Source: Candidatus Sericytochromatia bacterium (GTDB lineage: Bacteria; Cyanobacteriota; Sericytochromatia; UBA7694). Taken from it: a stretch of DNA of 64,000 nucleotides. The stretch covers positions 271 through 64,270 of the forward strand of contig JBIKWL010000007.1 in NCBI GenBank assembly GCA_044356335.1. The letters are read 5' to 3'. Shown here piece after piece: positions 1-9,556 of the stretch. How positions within the stretch are numbered: position 1 is the stretch's first letter; each line of letters opens with the position of its first letter. A program made the position numbers and the translations under genes. The notes beneath the pieces are model-generated. The model did not search any database. It had not been told where the DNA came from and was given only the letters and a program-made list of their open reading frames with translations.

Positions 1-152
1 GTCAAAATCTGGCTCAAAATGCGGGTGTTGACCTGATCATCAGACTCAGTTCAGAACCCAGTTCAGACGGAAACGTCCTTCAGATTCAAACCTACCAGAA
101 ATCACAGGCTAAGATCCAGAATTTTCACACCCCCCCCTTACCCCTAGATAAT

Positions 153-1523
153 TTGGAATTTATCCTCCAGTCTTCGCAAAAATATGTGGGGGAGGTTCTC
201 AATCTGGCCTCTTCACATCAGACAAACCAGACCATTGAAAATTACTGGAAACATCAAACCTACCAAAATTTTAATCAAACCTCTTTGGCAGGAAATCTGA
301 TGGACTCAAATCCGGTCCAAAGTAAAATAATGCTCGAAAATGTATTAAAGCAAGCCCCCCAAAATCACAGAGCGTTGCGTTTTTTATCTTTGGTTTATTT
401 AAATGAAAACAAAGTTGAAGAAGCGATTCAATTGGCCAAAGAGGCCCTTCAACTTAACCCAGAATATGATAGCGTGGTCTCTCAATTGGGGGATATTTAT
501 TACAAACAAAAAAATTATCACGAAGCACTCAAGTATTATCATCAAGCCCACATCATGGATCCAAATTCGCTGGAGTATCTTGATAATACACTCCATGCTT
601 TAGATCAACTTGAACCGATTGAAGCTGATTATAGCTCGTTTCCCTTGGTGCTCCGAATGAGGAATCTTTGGTCAGAAAATGCAAATTCCCACTTAATGTT
701 AGGCAATTTACTCACATATCAAGGTTTGTATGAAAAAGCTGAATCTGAATACCAAGCAGCTATCAGATTGAATCCTGTTGAGGCCTTTAATTACCAACAG
801 TTAGGGCTCATGTATGAACAGCAATCAAAGATCGATTTGGCTTTAGAAACCTACACAACAGGCATTAATTTAAACGCACAAAATCAAACATTGCTGTTTT
901 ACCGCTCCAATATCTACTATTTCTTGAATAAATACCAGGAAGCAATCACAGACTTAGATCAACTTATCGGCCTAGATGAAAAAAATGAATACTATTATTA
1001 TCGACGGGCAAAGGCCCACAGAGTCTTAGGAAATTATTCAGATGCCTTGAAAGATTTAAATCAAGCAATCTCACTCAATTCCAATGATGTCGATTTTTTT
1101 ACAGAAAGATCTTCTAACTTATTAAATTTGAAAAATTATGCTGAGTCCATTCAGGATGCAAAAAAGGCCTTGAAAATGGAGCCCACCAACACATCGGCCT
1201 GGTTTAACATCGCTTATGCTCAGTCGGAACTCAATGAATTGGATGCCAGTTTAATCAGCTACAACACCCTGTTAGACCTTGATCCTACATATGCAAGTGC
1301 CTATAACAATCGCGGGGTGATACATGAGAATAAAGGCCTAACTCGGAATGCCATGACAGACTACGAGCAGGCCATTCGCTTTGCACCAGAATATGGCATG
1401 TATTATAGCAACCGAGGAAATATCTACCGCAAATGGGAAAACTGCGAAAAAGCCAAAGCTGATTTTGTCAAAGCCTGTGAATTGGGGTATTCAGAGGCCT
1501 GTGATGCCAGCTGTGATGAATAA
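153..1523 (+). CDS. TPR-repeat protein with Cys-rich C-terminal tail (..KAKADFVKACELGYSEACDASCDE)
   Basis: Long ORF. Multiple 34-aa TPR-like repeats (A/Y/L periodicity, 'AIQLAKEALQLNP', 'YNNRG'). C-terminal tail shared with ORF 21254..22321. Confidence 0.7.
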   Translation: MEFILQSSQKYVGEVLNLASSHQTNQTIENYWKHQTYQNFNQTSLAGNLMDSNPVQSKIMLENVLKQAPQNHRALRFLSLVYLNENKVEEAIQLAKEALQLNPEYDSVVSQLGDIYYKQKNYHEALKYYHQAHIMDPNSLEYLDNTLHALDQLEPIEADYSSFPLVLRMRNLWSENANSHLMLGNLLTYQGLYEKAESEYQAAIRLNPVEAFNYQQLGLMYEQQSKIDLALETYTTGINLNAQNQTLLFYRSNIYYFLNKYQEAITDLDQLIGLDEKNEYYYYRRAKAHRVLGNYSDALKDLNQAISLNSNDVDFFTERSSNLLNLKNYAESIQDAKKALKMEPTNTSAWFNIAYAQSELNELDASLISYNTLLDLDPTYASAYNNRGVIHENKGLTRNAMTDYEQAIRFAPEYGMYYSNRGNIYRKWENCEKAKADFVKACELGYSEACDASCDE

Positions 1524-1550
1524 ACTGATTGAATAAAAAAGGAAAAAAAC

Positions 1551-1961
1551 ATGGGATTCAATTCAACCAAAATGGGCGGGCTTGTTTTATTTTCGGTCTT
1601 GTGTTTGCTTTCAAATGCAGCTCAGGCAGATCTGATGAACAAAATCTATAATAAAGGCTATCATCACTACAGTGAATCAGACTTTCAACAACTCTGGCGA
1701 AAGTACGATTATTTGTTTGATGGGGATAAAGAAAAAATTTGTTATGCCTTCGTTTTAGAACGCAATGAAATTTTTGCACGCCATGGTCGCTATTTTAATT
1801 CTCTGGTGATCAGAGCTTATTTCAATGATCTCGACTGGTACAGTCCAGACGGTGGTTTTTCAGAAAATAGACTCAACAGCATTGAGAAAAAAAACTCAAG
1901 TAAGTTTATGCGTTTCGAACAGCGCAAAGGGTGTAACCGTTATTGGAATAAATGGCTTTAA
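1551..1961 (+). CDS. Small secreted YARHG-domain protein
   Basis: N-terminal signal peptide (LVLFSVLCLLSNAAQA). 'IFARHGRYFNS...DWYSPD' matches the YARHG domain signature. RBS-like AAAAGGAAAAAA sits upstream. Confidence 0.6.
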   Translation: MGFNSTKMGGLVLFSVLCLLSNAAQADLMNKIYNKGYHHYSESDFQQLWRKYDYLFDGDKEKICYAFVLERNEIFARHGRYFNSLVIRAYFNDLDWYSPDGGFSENRLNSIEKKNSSKFMRFEQRKGCNRYWNKWL

Positions 1962-3503
1962 ATGTCTCAGATTGCGATTGCCCGCTCTTTATACTTAAGT
2001 TTTTTGTCAATTGCGTCAACCCTTGCGCTGATAACACTGAGTGTGAATCAAATTGAATCTGAACAGGTATGTCTACAAAACAAGGCCCAAAAGGCTTCGA
2101 CTCAAGAAAATCTGCCTGAGCGCATACAAGCAGATTTCAGACTTCAGGCGAGTCTCAACTATCTCGTTCAAAAATGGCAACTTCAGCAAGCTGGAATTGC
2201 GCTGATAGACTTTCAAACCGGAGCGATTGCCTTCTGGAATAAAGACAAGCCCTACGTTTTAGGTTCACTGATTGAATTGCCGCTCTTGGAGCAGGCATCT
2301 ACCCAGCCCTTGCCTCAAAACAGCAACGCCCGCATCGATCCCTTCAACTTTTTTCATGAATCTGAAGCCCAGGCCAAAACCCTGGCTGAGTCACCGACTC
2401 AATTGAAGATAATGGCTTTAAATCAGACCTTGCGTAAACGTGGCTTTAAAAATACTTTTCTGGCCCATTTGCCTGGCTCAGAGATCAAGTCTTTAAGTGT
2501 AAATTCAACAGGGGCCCGTGATATGGGCTTGCTCATTCATAAATTAGGATCTCTGCCCCAGCAGCAACAGGCCTCCATCAAACGTCAGGGTACGTTTATT
2601 TCTGCCCTTGATAATGGCAGAAAAGGGTATCATTATCTGAGTTTTAAACCCGCTGAAATGAACTATGCTTTGCTTGTCTTAAATCAAAACACAACTGTCT
2701 CAAAATTTCAAAATTCAATTCAGGGTTTTGAAAAAGAGTTGAAAGAATGGGTTTCACTCTTTCAGCTGAAACCCAAATCCGATGAACGGGTAACAGGCAT
2801 TTATCTCAATGATGAACATTTCTCAGGAAAAGTCGCTTTCACCTTTGACGATGGGCCGGGTCAAGAGACGCTCAATATTTTAGACCTGCTCAAACAATAC
2901 AAAATTAAAGCCACGTTTTTTATTACAGGCCAGCGTTTATTCACATCTCAAAACAAAATCGACCAAAGCGCAGCTTTCATTCTCAAACGGATCGTATCTG
3001 AGGGCCATACATTGGGGAACCACGGTTTTCAACATCTCGACCTCAGCCAGTCGGAGATACTCAAACAGCCAGAAAAAATTGCCGAAGAATTTGAACAAAC
3101 AGAAAGAGGTATTCGGCTCGCGCTCGGCTATTTATACCCGCTGCATTTTGTGCGGCCCCCTTATGGAGAGCGGGGTGTGAATCGAAATTTGGGTGTTAAT
3201 GGACTTAAACAAGCGGGCAGAGTCGACGCATATTTACAGGCCAAAAAGCAGGCCTTAATTTTGTGGCAGTCTGATTCCCTCGACTGGGAGGGCAATGCAG
3301 GCAACATTCAAATCGCCTCCTCAACCCAACTGATTCTTTCTCAGATCAGGGCAAGCCAAGGCGGAGTGGTTTTATTCCATGATATCTATCCCTATACAGT
3401 AACGCTTTTGCGCCAGCTTTTACCCGAATTAAAAAAACACCCTGAATTTCAATCGGTTTCTTTATCCGAATTACTGCTTAAAAAATACCGGCCTGAATCC
3501 TGA
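1962..3503 (+). CDS. Beta-lactamase-like N-domain fused to polysaccharide deacetylase (NodB/CE4) domain
   Basis: C-terminal 'VAFTFDDGPGQETLNILDLLKQYKIKATFFITGQ' plus a 'GNHGFQH' His motif typical of CE4 deacetylases. The N-terminal region is paralogous to ORF 10196..11287 ('IDxxTG...SLxxLPxxL') but with SLIE in place of the SxxK motif. The ATG overlaps the upstream stop. Confidence 0.7.
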   Translation: MSQIAIARSLYLSFLSIASTLALITLSVNQIESEQVCLQNKAQKASTQENLPERIQADFRLQASLNYLVQKWQLQQAGIALIDFQTGAIAFWNKDKPYVLGSLIELPLLEQASTQPLPQNSNARIDPFNFFHESEAQAKTLAESPTQLKIMALNQTLRKRGFKNTFLAHLPGSEIKSLSVNSTGARDMGLLIHKLGSLPQQQQASIKRQGTFISALDNGRKGYHYLSFKPAEMNYALLVLNQNTTVSKFQNSIQGFEKELKEWVSLFQLKPKSDERVTGIYLNDEHFSGKVAFTFDDGPGQETLNILDLLKQYKIKATFFITGQRLFTSQNKIDQSAAFILKRIVSEGHTLGNHGFQHLDLSQSEILKQPEKIAEEFEQTERGIRLALGYLYPLHFVRPPYGERGVNRNLGVNGLKQAGRVDAYLQAKKQALILWQSDSLDWEGNAGNIQIASSTQLILSQIRASQGGVVLFHDIYPYTVTLLRQLLPELKKHPEFQSVSLSELLLKKYRPES

Positions 3504-3517
3504 GCATTTTAAGCCGT

Positions 3518-5102
3518 TTACTGATTTGAAATAATCACAGGGGTTCCAATTTTAAGTAATTTGAAAACCAGTTCGACATCTGAATTGCGCATGCGAATAC
3601 AGCCATCTGAAACTGGCTTGCCAATCAATTGAGGCACATCAGTCCCATGTAAACCAATTGTTACACCTGTGCGAAAGTGACCCACATTTAAAGCCATCCA
3701 CCTGCTCCCCAAAGGATTTTTGGGATGTTTAGGCGGATAATAGCCATGACGCCCTGAATAGGAGGGGTTTTCATCTTTTGAAACTATCCGAAATTTTCCA
3801 ACGGGTGTGCTCACGCTGTATCGCGCTGTGGAAACAGGAACCGTCAAAATCACTTTATCCCCATCTTTTAAAGTCAGCCGTTGATTTTTTTTGCTGATAT
3901 AGACCACGGCTTTAGAAGATAGAACGGGCAAGGGCGTCGCTGTTGGTTTTGGCGTAGGTAGGGGTGTCGGCGTGGGCTGCGAGGGAAAACTGCTGGGAAT
4001 ACCATCAAGATCAAAAATTTCATCCAGGGTTGCCTTCTCTTGCTGTTCTGAGTGCAAAAAAGGACAACTCAGATAGGAATCCCATTCTGGATCCTTGTCT
4101 AAATCAGAAAACAAGAATAATTCCTGGGAATCACAACGAAGTAAGGGAAAGTAGGTTTGCAAGCCAATCGGGGCACGTTTTGCCATTGGAGCAGGCAAAA
4201 AGGACTGTCGTTTTGGAGGCGGATCCGCTTTGGTGGGGGGAGCCACGGGGGTATTGAGAAAGGCCCAGAGCGCTTTTCTATGGGCTTTCCAGGCCTCAGG
4301 GCCTGATTGACGCGTGGTTTCTAAGGTAACGACTGGGATACCCAGTTCGGTTCCATAATAGGTACCAAAAGATCCTGGGGTGGGGTAGCCAATACTTCCT
4401 GTCGCTTTTAAGCGGTTTTCTTTCTGCATGGCCTGTGCAATATGCAAAGCCGGTCCATCAAAATTATTGACTGCCAAAGGGGAGTGAATACTCAGAATTT
4501 TGACTTTCTCTCTTTTGCCTGTTTCCAGATAGGGCTTGATCAATTCACTCACAATTCTTGATTCGGGTTCAGAAAGCGCATTGGGACCGGCATAATAACG
4601 GGTGCCTTTATTTTGCCCTTGAATAAAATTTTTCGTGGGAAAATTTCTGTTCAAATCAACGCCGATGTTATTGACCCTGGTTTTTTTGAAGGTGCCGTCG
4701 GGATTCACCAAGGGCATGCAAAAGATTGTTTTATTGTTATATTCATTTGGTTTTTGAACGAGTTCTAACATGAGTTGTCGAAGAAGGTGTTCCCCTTGGG
4801 GTTCATCACCATGAAAATTGCCAAAAAGAAAGACATACTCATCAGTTCCCTGTCCAAATTTGTAAATTTCAATCTCTTTGCCTTTCAAGCTCATTAAGGG
4901 AGATTTTGGTTGATTTGGCAGGGCAATGAGTTGAAATGGTTTAAGCGGTGAAACTGCTGAGCCAGCTGCTCCCAAAGAGGGCGAGACAGCCGGTACCGGT
5001 GACAATTCGGTAACTTTGGGAGCGGCTAAACTTTGACCCCCAAAGATCAAAACGGGCAACAAAAATCCGCTCAAAATCAGCGAATGGTTTAACTTAAACA
5101 TG
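3518..5102 (-). CDS. Secreted M14-family (MpaA-like, HGDE motif) peptidase fused to C-terminal L,D-transpeptidase (YkuD) domain
   Basis: The likely start is the internal Met (MFKLNHSLILSGFLLPVLIFG signal peptide, GGAG RBS 8 nt upstream); the ORF track extends it to 5149. 'FLFGNFHGDEPQGEHLL' is an HxxE zinc motif. A Pro/Thr linker 'PTPTPLPTPKPTATPLP' follows. The C-terminal 'HGTDVP...SDGCIRMRNSDV' is the LDT catalytic His/Cys motif. Confidence 0.65.
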
Positions 5103-5121
5103 TTCTGTTCTCCGGCATGAA

Positions 5122-5793
5122 TTATCGATAGGTGGTAAAACTGGAGCAATTATCAGAGCAAAGCTCGACGTAGTCTGGCTGTTCTTCACGCAAGACTTTC
5201 CATGAACCATTGTATCGCGTAAGATACAAATATTTGATTCCCCGATCTACATAGGTATCTGATTTATAAATTTGATCAAAGACGATCACTGCACTGCCAT
5301 TGTTGAGAATTTCATACCCGTAGCGTCCATCCAGAATTTCAATGTCAATCCAATTTTTCATTTTTCCTTTGGCCAATTTGTCATTCATCCAACCCGACAA
5401 ACCCATGCCTTTATAAGAAGCGTAAAAATTGGGATGATAAAAGGTGCGGTAGCTACTGACGCTACTATAAGTGGCTGTTCCTTCCCAAGCACTGACCCAG
5501 TCTCTTAGAAAGCCACTCAGTTCAGATTCGTAACCACTGTTATTGTTACTGCTGTTTAAACCACTTGTTTTCACTCGGCTGAGCACATCATTGACATAAT
5601 TATTTACTCTTTGTCGCGAAGCTGGATTGTAAGCACGACCTCTGTTGCGATTTCCCCTTTGCGTAAAACTCCGCCGACCATTGCTGACCCTATCATTAAA
5701 TTTTTTTGCATTGATATCTACTGCCATTGCGGGCAATTCACTCATCAATACCAAAGAAGAACACAACAGAATGAGTTGGAAAAAACGAAACAT
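5122..5793 (-). CDS. Secreted hypothetical protein, possible NTF2-like fold
   Basis: Signal peptide (LILLCSSLVLMSELPAMA). No catalytic motifs recognised. The C-terminal beta-rich segment resembles NTF2/SnoaL-like folds. Confidence 0.45.
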   Translation of the reverse strand: MFRFFQLILLCSSLVLMSELPAMAVDINAKKFNDRVSNGRRSFTQRGNRNRGRAYNPASRQRVNNYVNDVLSRVKTSGLNSSNNNSGYESELSGFLRDWVSAWEGTATYSSVSSYRTFYHPNFYASYKGMGLSGWMNDKLAKGKMKNWIDIEILDGRYGYEILNNGSAVIVFDQIYKSDTYVDRGIKYLYLTRYNGSWKVLREEQPDYVELCSDNCSSFTTYR

Positions 5794-5809
5794 ATTTATT
5801 AGACCCCTT

Positions 5810-7510
5810 TCAGTTCAGACGTTCTAAATTTTTTTTATAAAGATCAGTGGGAAACAAAGTTATTGCTGTTTTTAATAAGCTGATTGCTTTTTCTTTTTTT
5901 GAGTTTCTCCAAGCGTAGGCGACAGAATTAAGTAAGTCAGCCAAAATTTCTTTTTGTTGTTGATCGAGTTGGTTTTTGCGATTGGGAGAATATTTCAACG
6001 CCTGCTCAACATTGTCTAAACATTCCTGAAATTTTTCCTTGTCACGCCATTCTCCAGCCCGATTTATAAAAATATTAATCAGATTTTTTCGCGCTTCATT
6101 TTGTTTTGGATCTTTATCTAAAACCTGTTGAAAAGTTTCTATCGAGGCATTGTGGTGACCCGATGCATAGAGTTTATCTGCTTTTATAAGCAACGCTTTA
6201 ATCGCTGCTTGGGAAAAATTCAGAGTAATAGATTTTTCAAGGCTATTTTGGCCTCTTTTAAGTGTTAATTTTTCTTTATATGTATCAAAATTCTGAAGAC
6301 TGATTTCAAGCGTGTAATCCCCTGATCTGAAAACAACTTCTTCACCTGTTTTTAATGGTTTATCGCCCAATTTAATTTTGGCATTGATCGGATGGCTGTT
6401 GATTTTGACTGTGACGTGTGCTTGTTTTTCTTGATAATCCCAATAAATCATGCCGGTTCCCCCGAGCAACATCAAAGCCAGAAAACCACCCATCAGATAG
6501 ACAGGCAGCTTCATTTTTTTTGTTTCTTGGATGGGGGCTTCATTCCGCAATTTTAATTGACTGGTTTCGAGTAAATCTGTTGTTTGCGGTAATTTACCAG
6601 ATCCATATGAGGCTATTTCAGTTAAGGGCTTGGTATCGCGCCGCATCGCAAGGATTAATTCTCGGGCAGTTTGATAGCGCTGTTCCGGCGATTTGGTCAG
6701 CAGTTTTAAGACAATCCCCCGACATTCAGGGCTGAGGTCAGGTTTGAGCAACTTGGGGTCAGGAGGCGCTTCTTGAATATGCTTTAAGGCAACTGCAATT
6801 TCACTTTCACCTTGAAAGGGAAGTTCCCCAGTCAGCATCTGAAACATCAAAACGCCTAAGGAATAAAGATCAGAACGCTCATCCGCTTTTTTTGCATCCT
6901 GGGCCTGTTCTGGAGACATATACAGCGCTGTTCCCATTTGAGTTCCGGTCTGGGTCAAATGGCTTGCTCCCAAGAGGTTTTTCGCAATCCCAAAATCGAG
7001 TAAATAGGCGTGGGCAAAGCGATCCAGCATAATATTCGCGGGTTTGATATCGCGGTGAACAACCCCCCGGCTGTGGGCATATTCCAGGGCGCGGGTTACT
7101 TGGGCCAAAATATCCAAGACCATTTCTTCAGGTAAAGCCCCTTCATCATGAATCAATTCAGACAAAGAACGGCCTTCAATTAATTTCATCGTGAAAAAGA
7201 TGCGTTCAGGTTCCTGAACAATTCGGTAGATCGGAATAATATGGGCATGTTCTAACTGAGCCGCTCTGCGTGCTTCAGCCAAGAATCGCAAAACAAAATC
7301 TGGATTGTGGCAGAGTTCAGGCTTTAAGAGTTTAAGTGCCTCTTCGCGCTCCAAATCAAGATTTGTGACCCGGTAAACCTCTCCCATGCCACCCGCTTGC
7401 AAAAAGCCTTCTACGCGATACCCAGAGAGTTGCTCATGAAGCTTGAGTTGGTGCCGCATCGCTAATGTCCCAGTATAAAAGCCATGATCGCTTTTCCATT
7501 GCTGTTCCAA
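5810..7510 (-). CDS. Hanks-type Ser/Thr protein kinase, single TM, C-terminal TPR-like domain
   Basis: 'LQAGGMGEVYRV' is the Gly loop; 'HRDIKPANIML', 'DFGIAK' and 'MSPEQ' are also present. A TM segment 'LMGGFLALMLLGGTGMIY' follows. The alternative start at 7459 (MRHQLK..) would abut rather than overlap the upstream peptidase gene. Confidence 0.8.
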   Translation of the reverse strand: MEQQWKSDHGFYTGTLAMRHQLKLHEQLSGYRVEGFLQAGGMGEVYRVTNLDLEREEALKLLKPELCHNPDFVLRFLAEARRAAQLEHAHIIPIYRIVQEPERIFFTMKLIEGRSLSELIHDEGALPEEMVLDILAQVTRALEYAHSRGVVHRDIKPANIMLDRFAHAYLLDFGIAKNLLGASHLTQTGTQMGTALYMSPEQAQDAKKADERSDLYSLGVLMFQMLTGELPFQGESEIAVALKHIQEAPPDPKLLKPDLSPECRGIVLKLLTKSPEQRYQTARELILAMRRDTKPLTEIASYGSGKLPQTTDLLETSQLKLRNEAPIQETKKMKLPVYLMGGFLALMLLGGTGMIYWDYQEKQAHVTVKINSHPINAKIKLGDKPLKTGEEVVFRSGDYTLEISLQNFDTYKEKLTLKRGQNSLEKSITLNFSQAAIKALLIKADKLYASGHHNASIETFQQVLDKDPKQNEARKNLINIFINRAGEWRDKEKFQECLDNVEQALKYSPNRKNQLDQQQKEILADLLNSVAYAWRNSKKEKAISLLKTAITLFPTDLYKKNLERLN

Positions 7511-8526
7511 GCGGCAGGTCCAGCTTGATCTGCCGTTTCCAAAGTCACAAGGGGAATTCCTCTTTCCTGGCCATAATAGGTGCCAAAAGAGCCTGGTGTG
7601 GGATACCCAATTTCACCTTTTGCTGGTAAGCCATTGTATTGACTCATGAGTTTGGCCCACGCTTCTGAAGCGGCACCATCATAATTATTCATCGCCAAGG
7701 GGGCGTGGATCGACAAAATCCGTGTTTCCCCAAGCTGAATGATCCGATCTACCGTCCTCTGTATGGCCTGGCTTTCGGGTTCGGAGAGTGGACTTTTACC
7801 TGAATAATAGCGCGTGCCTTTTTTATTGCCAGGGATAAAATTTCGGGTGGGAAAGTTTCGATTCAAATCCACACCGGCCCCATTGGGGCGGGTTCCTCTG
7901 GCTAAGCCATCAGGGTTTACGATCGGAATCAGGTAGACCGTTTGGTCTGTATAGAGTTTCGGAGACTTATCCAAAGTTGATTGGACTTGCTGCATGATAT
8001 AAGCGATCGGAAGCTCATCTCCATGAAATGAACCCAATACAATAACCTGTTCCCCGTTGCCAGAACCATATTGGTAGAGTTTTATCGGGCGACCCTCTCT
8101 GCTTGTTCCAATCTCTTTTGATAATTTCTTTGGCGCAATCTTTGGCGCAATCGGTTGGATTTTCTGTTTTGGAGAATGGCCGGGGCTTGTCGCTTCGAGA
8201 GAGGATTGAGCTTGGGGGGCCTCGGTTGCCTCTGGCGTAGGTGAATCGGTTTGATCTGGGGGTTGATTATCGGGCTGCTCAGGGGGTTGAGGTGAGTTCG
8301 ATTCGAATCCGTCACTCTGTTCAGATTCGTGATCGGCACTCCCCAGTACAATTGTGCTACTTTCCTGACTGCTCGGCATGCTGGACGGTTGCTGAGTTGC
8401 TGAATCATTCGCAACACTCCCAATTTCCAGTTGATTGGCAGTGTTCAAACGCGACACCCCAAAATAGGAAAGAACCATCAGGCCAGCAGCAAGAGTCAAA
8501 ACGATAGGAAGTGATTTATTGTTCAT
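7462..8526 (-). CDS. M14-family (MpaA-like) zinc peptidase with Pro/Gln-rich N-terminal low-complexity region
   Basis: 'VIVLGSFHGDELP' is an HxxE motif. It is paralogous to the N-domain of 3518..5102 ('NRNFPT', 'YPTPGSFGTYYG' and 'TLET' are shared). TM/signal at the N-terminus. Confidence 0.6.
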   Translation of the reverse strand: MNNKSLPIVLTLAAGLMVLSYFGVSRLNTANQLEIGSVANDSATQQPSSMPSSQESSTIVLGSADHESEQSDGFESNSPQPPEQPDNQPPDQTDSPTPEATEAPQAQSSLEATSPGHSPKQKIQPIAPKIAPKKLSKEIGTSREGRPIKLYQYGSGNGEQVIVLGSFHGDELPIAYIMQQVQSTLDKSPKLYTDQTVYLIPIVNPDGLARGTRPNGAGVDLNRNFPTRNFIPGNKKGTRYYSGKSPLSEPESQAIQRTVDRIIQLGETRILSIHAPLAMNNYDGAASEAWAKLMSQYNGLPAKGEIGYPTPGSFGTYYGQERGIPLVTLETADQAGPAAWNSNGKAIMAFILGH

Positions 8527-8617
8527 ACTTTTCTCTCAAATTGGATAATGAACCCATTTATATTAACATATTTGTTTCTATGACTTAAGGTTTAATCAAT
8601 AGGAATTCTGGACGCAC

Positions 8618-9388
8618 TCATTTGGGAACTTTGGGCTGAGCGGGCATTTTCTTTATCGCCTGAATTCTGAGCTGCGGTGAATCATGGGTACTTAAAAAAT
8701 CGCCAAGACTCTCAGCATTTGAATGATTGGAAAATGGCTTTATCAAGTTTTCTAGCAAACGAATTGCATCATTTCGGGAGTATCCAGCTTTCTCCATCAA
8801 AGTGACTCCATAAATATCAGCTTTTCTCTCCTGTTCTTTGTTAAATGGAAGCCGAGAGAGGCTATAAACCAACTGAACCCCCTCAGCCAGCACAGGATCA
8901 ACTTTTGCAACGCGGGCACTGTATTGAACGCGGTGTGCACAGTGCAAAAGCTCTTGATGAGCCAGTTCATGCCCAAGCAGTGCAGCGATCAATCCTTCGG
9001 ATTGCAGGTATTTTAAAATTCCCTGATGAATCAAAATTTTTCCGCCAACAAAGGTAAAGGCGTTCGGCGTAGTGTCGTCAATCAAAAAAAGTTCATAAGC
9101 CAAATCCTGTTGTTTTAAATACGGCTTCAGCCGCTGAAGAACACGTACCCAACGCAGATCATTCAAGACACGAATCGATTTTTCCTGCTTATATGTTTGA
9201 AGAATCTGAGCGCCTATTTGGTTTTGTTCGGCTTGGCTCAAGCCTGTCAGATGCAAAATTTCGTCATTCATACGCTCCGTATATTCAAGACCCTCTTTAA
9301 ATAGGTCAAAGGGGTCAGGCAAATTTTGGTTGCTTGCCGATAGGGGGTAATACATAAAAAATATCAAGCTGGCCCAAATCTTAAACAC
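8618..9388 (-). CDS. M48-family zinc metallopeptidase (HExxH)
   Basis: Signal peptide. 'LLGHELAHQELLH' is an HExxH motif. Size and layout resemble BepA/YfgC-like peptidase domains. Confidence 0.55.
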   Translation of the reverse strand: MFKIWASLIFFMYYPLSASNQNLPDPFDLFKEGLEYTERMNDEILHLTGLSQAEQNQIGAQILQTYKQEKSIRVLNDLRWVRVLQRLKPYLKQQDLAYELFLIDDTTPNAFTFVGGKILIHQGILKYLQSEGLIAALLGHELAHQELLHCAHRVQYSARVAKVDPVLAEGVQLVYSLSRLPFNKEQERKADIYGVTLMEKAGYSRNDAIRLLENLIKPFSNHSNAESLGDFLSTHDSPQLRIQAIKKMPAQPKVPK

Positions 9389-9457
9389 GGAGTCCCCGAC
9401 CTCCCTCTGAATTCATGATCGAGTGGTATTAACAATATTTTAACTTAAATCAACTAA

Positions 9458-9473
9458 TTGTCAATATTGACAA
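9458..9473. promoter_or_regulatory. Perfect 16-bp palindrome TTGTCAATATTGACAA in divergent promoter region; half-site copy TTGACAAT at 9517..9524
   Basis: Read directly from the sequence in the 168-bp AT-rich intergenic region between the divergent M48 peptidase gene and the LDT/kinase operon. Confidence 0.4.
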
Positions 9474-9556
9474 TATAGTTTACAAATGTTAATTTTTTAA
9501 TGGGCTTGAATTTTAATTGACAATTTGCCCACACGAAATCCTGAAAGGATGCCAGC

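Noticed and set aside
399-603. Small ORFs 399..596(-) and 403..603(+) inside the TPR gene
   Set aside because: They are nested in a well-supported longer ORF, and their AT-rich composition produces short spurious ORFs.
5810-7510. Alternative that the kinase starts at 7510 and overlaps the upstream peptidase gene by 49 nt
   Set aside because: It is not excluded. The internal Met at 7459 gives a typical spacing before the Gly-rich loop and abuts the peptidase stop. I kept the track coordinates in the feature but flagged the alternative start.
8285-8305. tRNA-like 'GTTCGATTCGAATCC' (T-loop-like) string
   Set aside because: It lies inside the coding region of the M14 peptidase gene, with no acceptor stem or anticodon arm complementarity around it. 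No convincing tRNA was found anywhere in the window.
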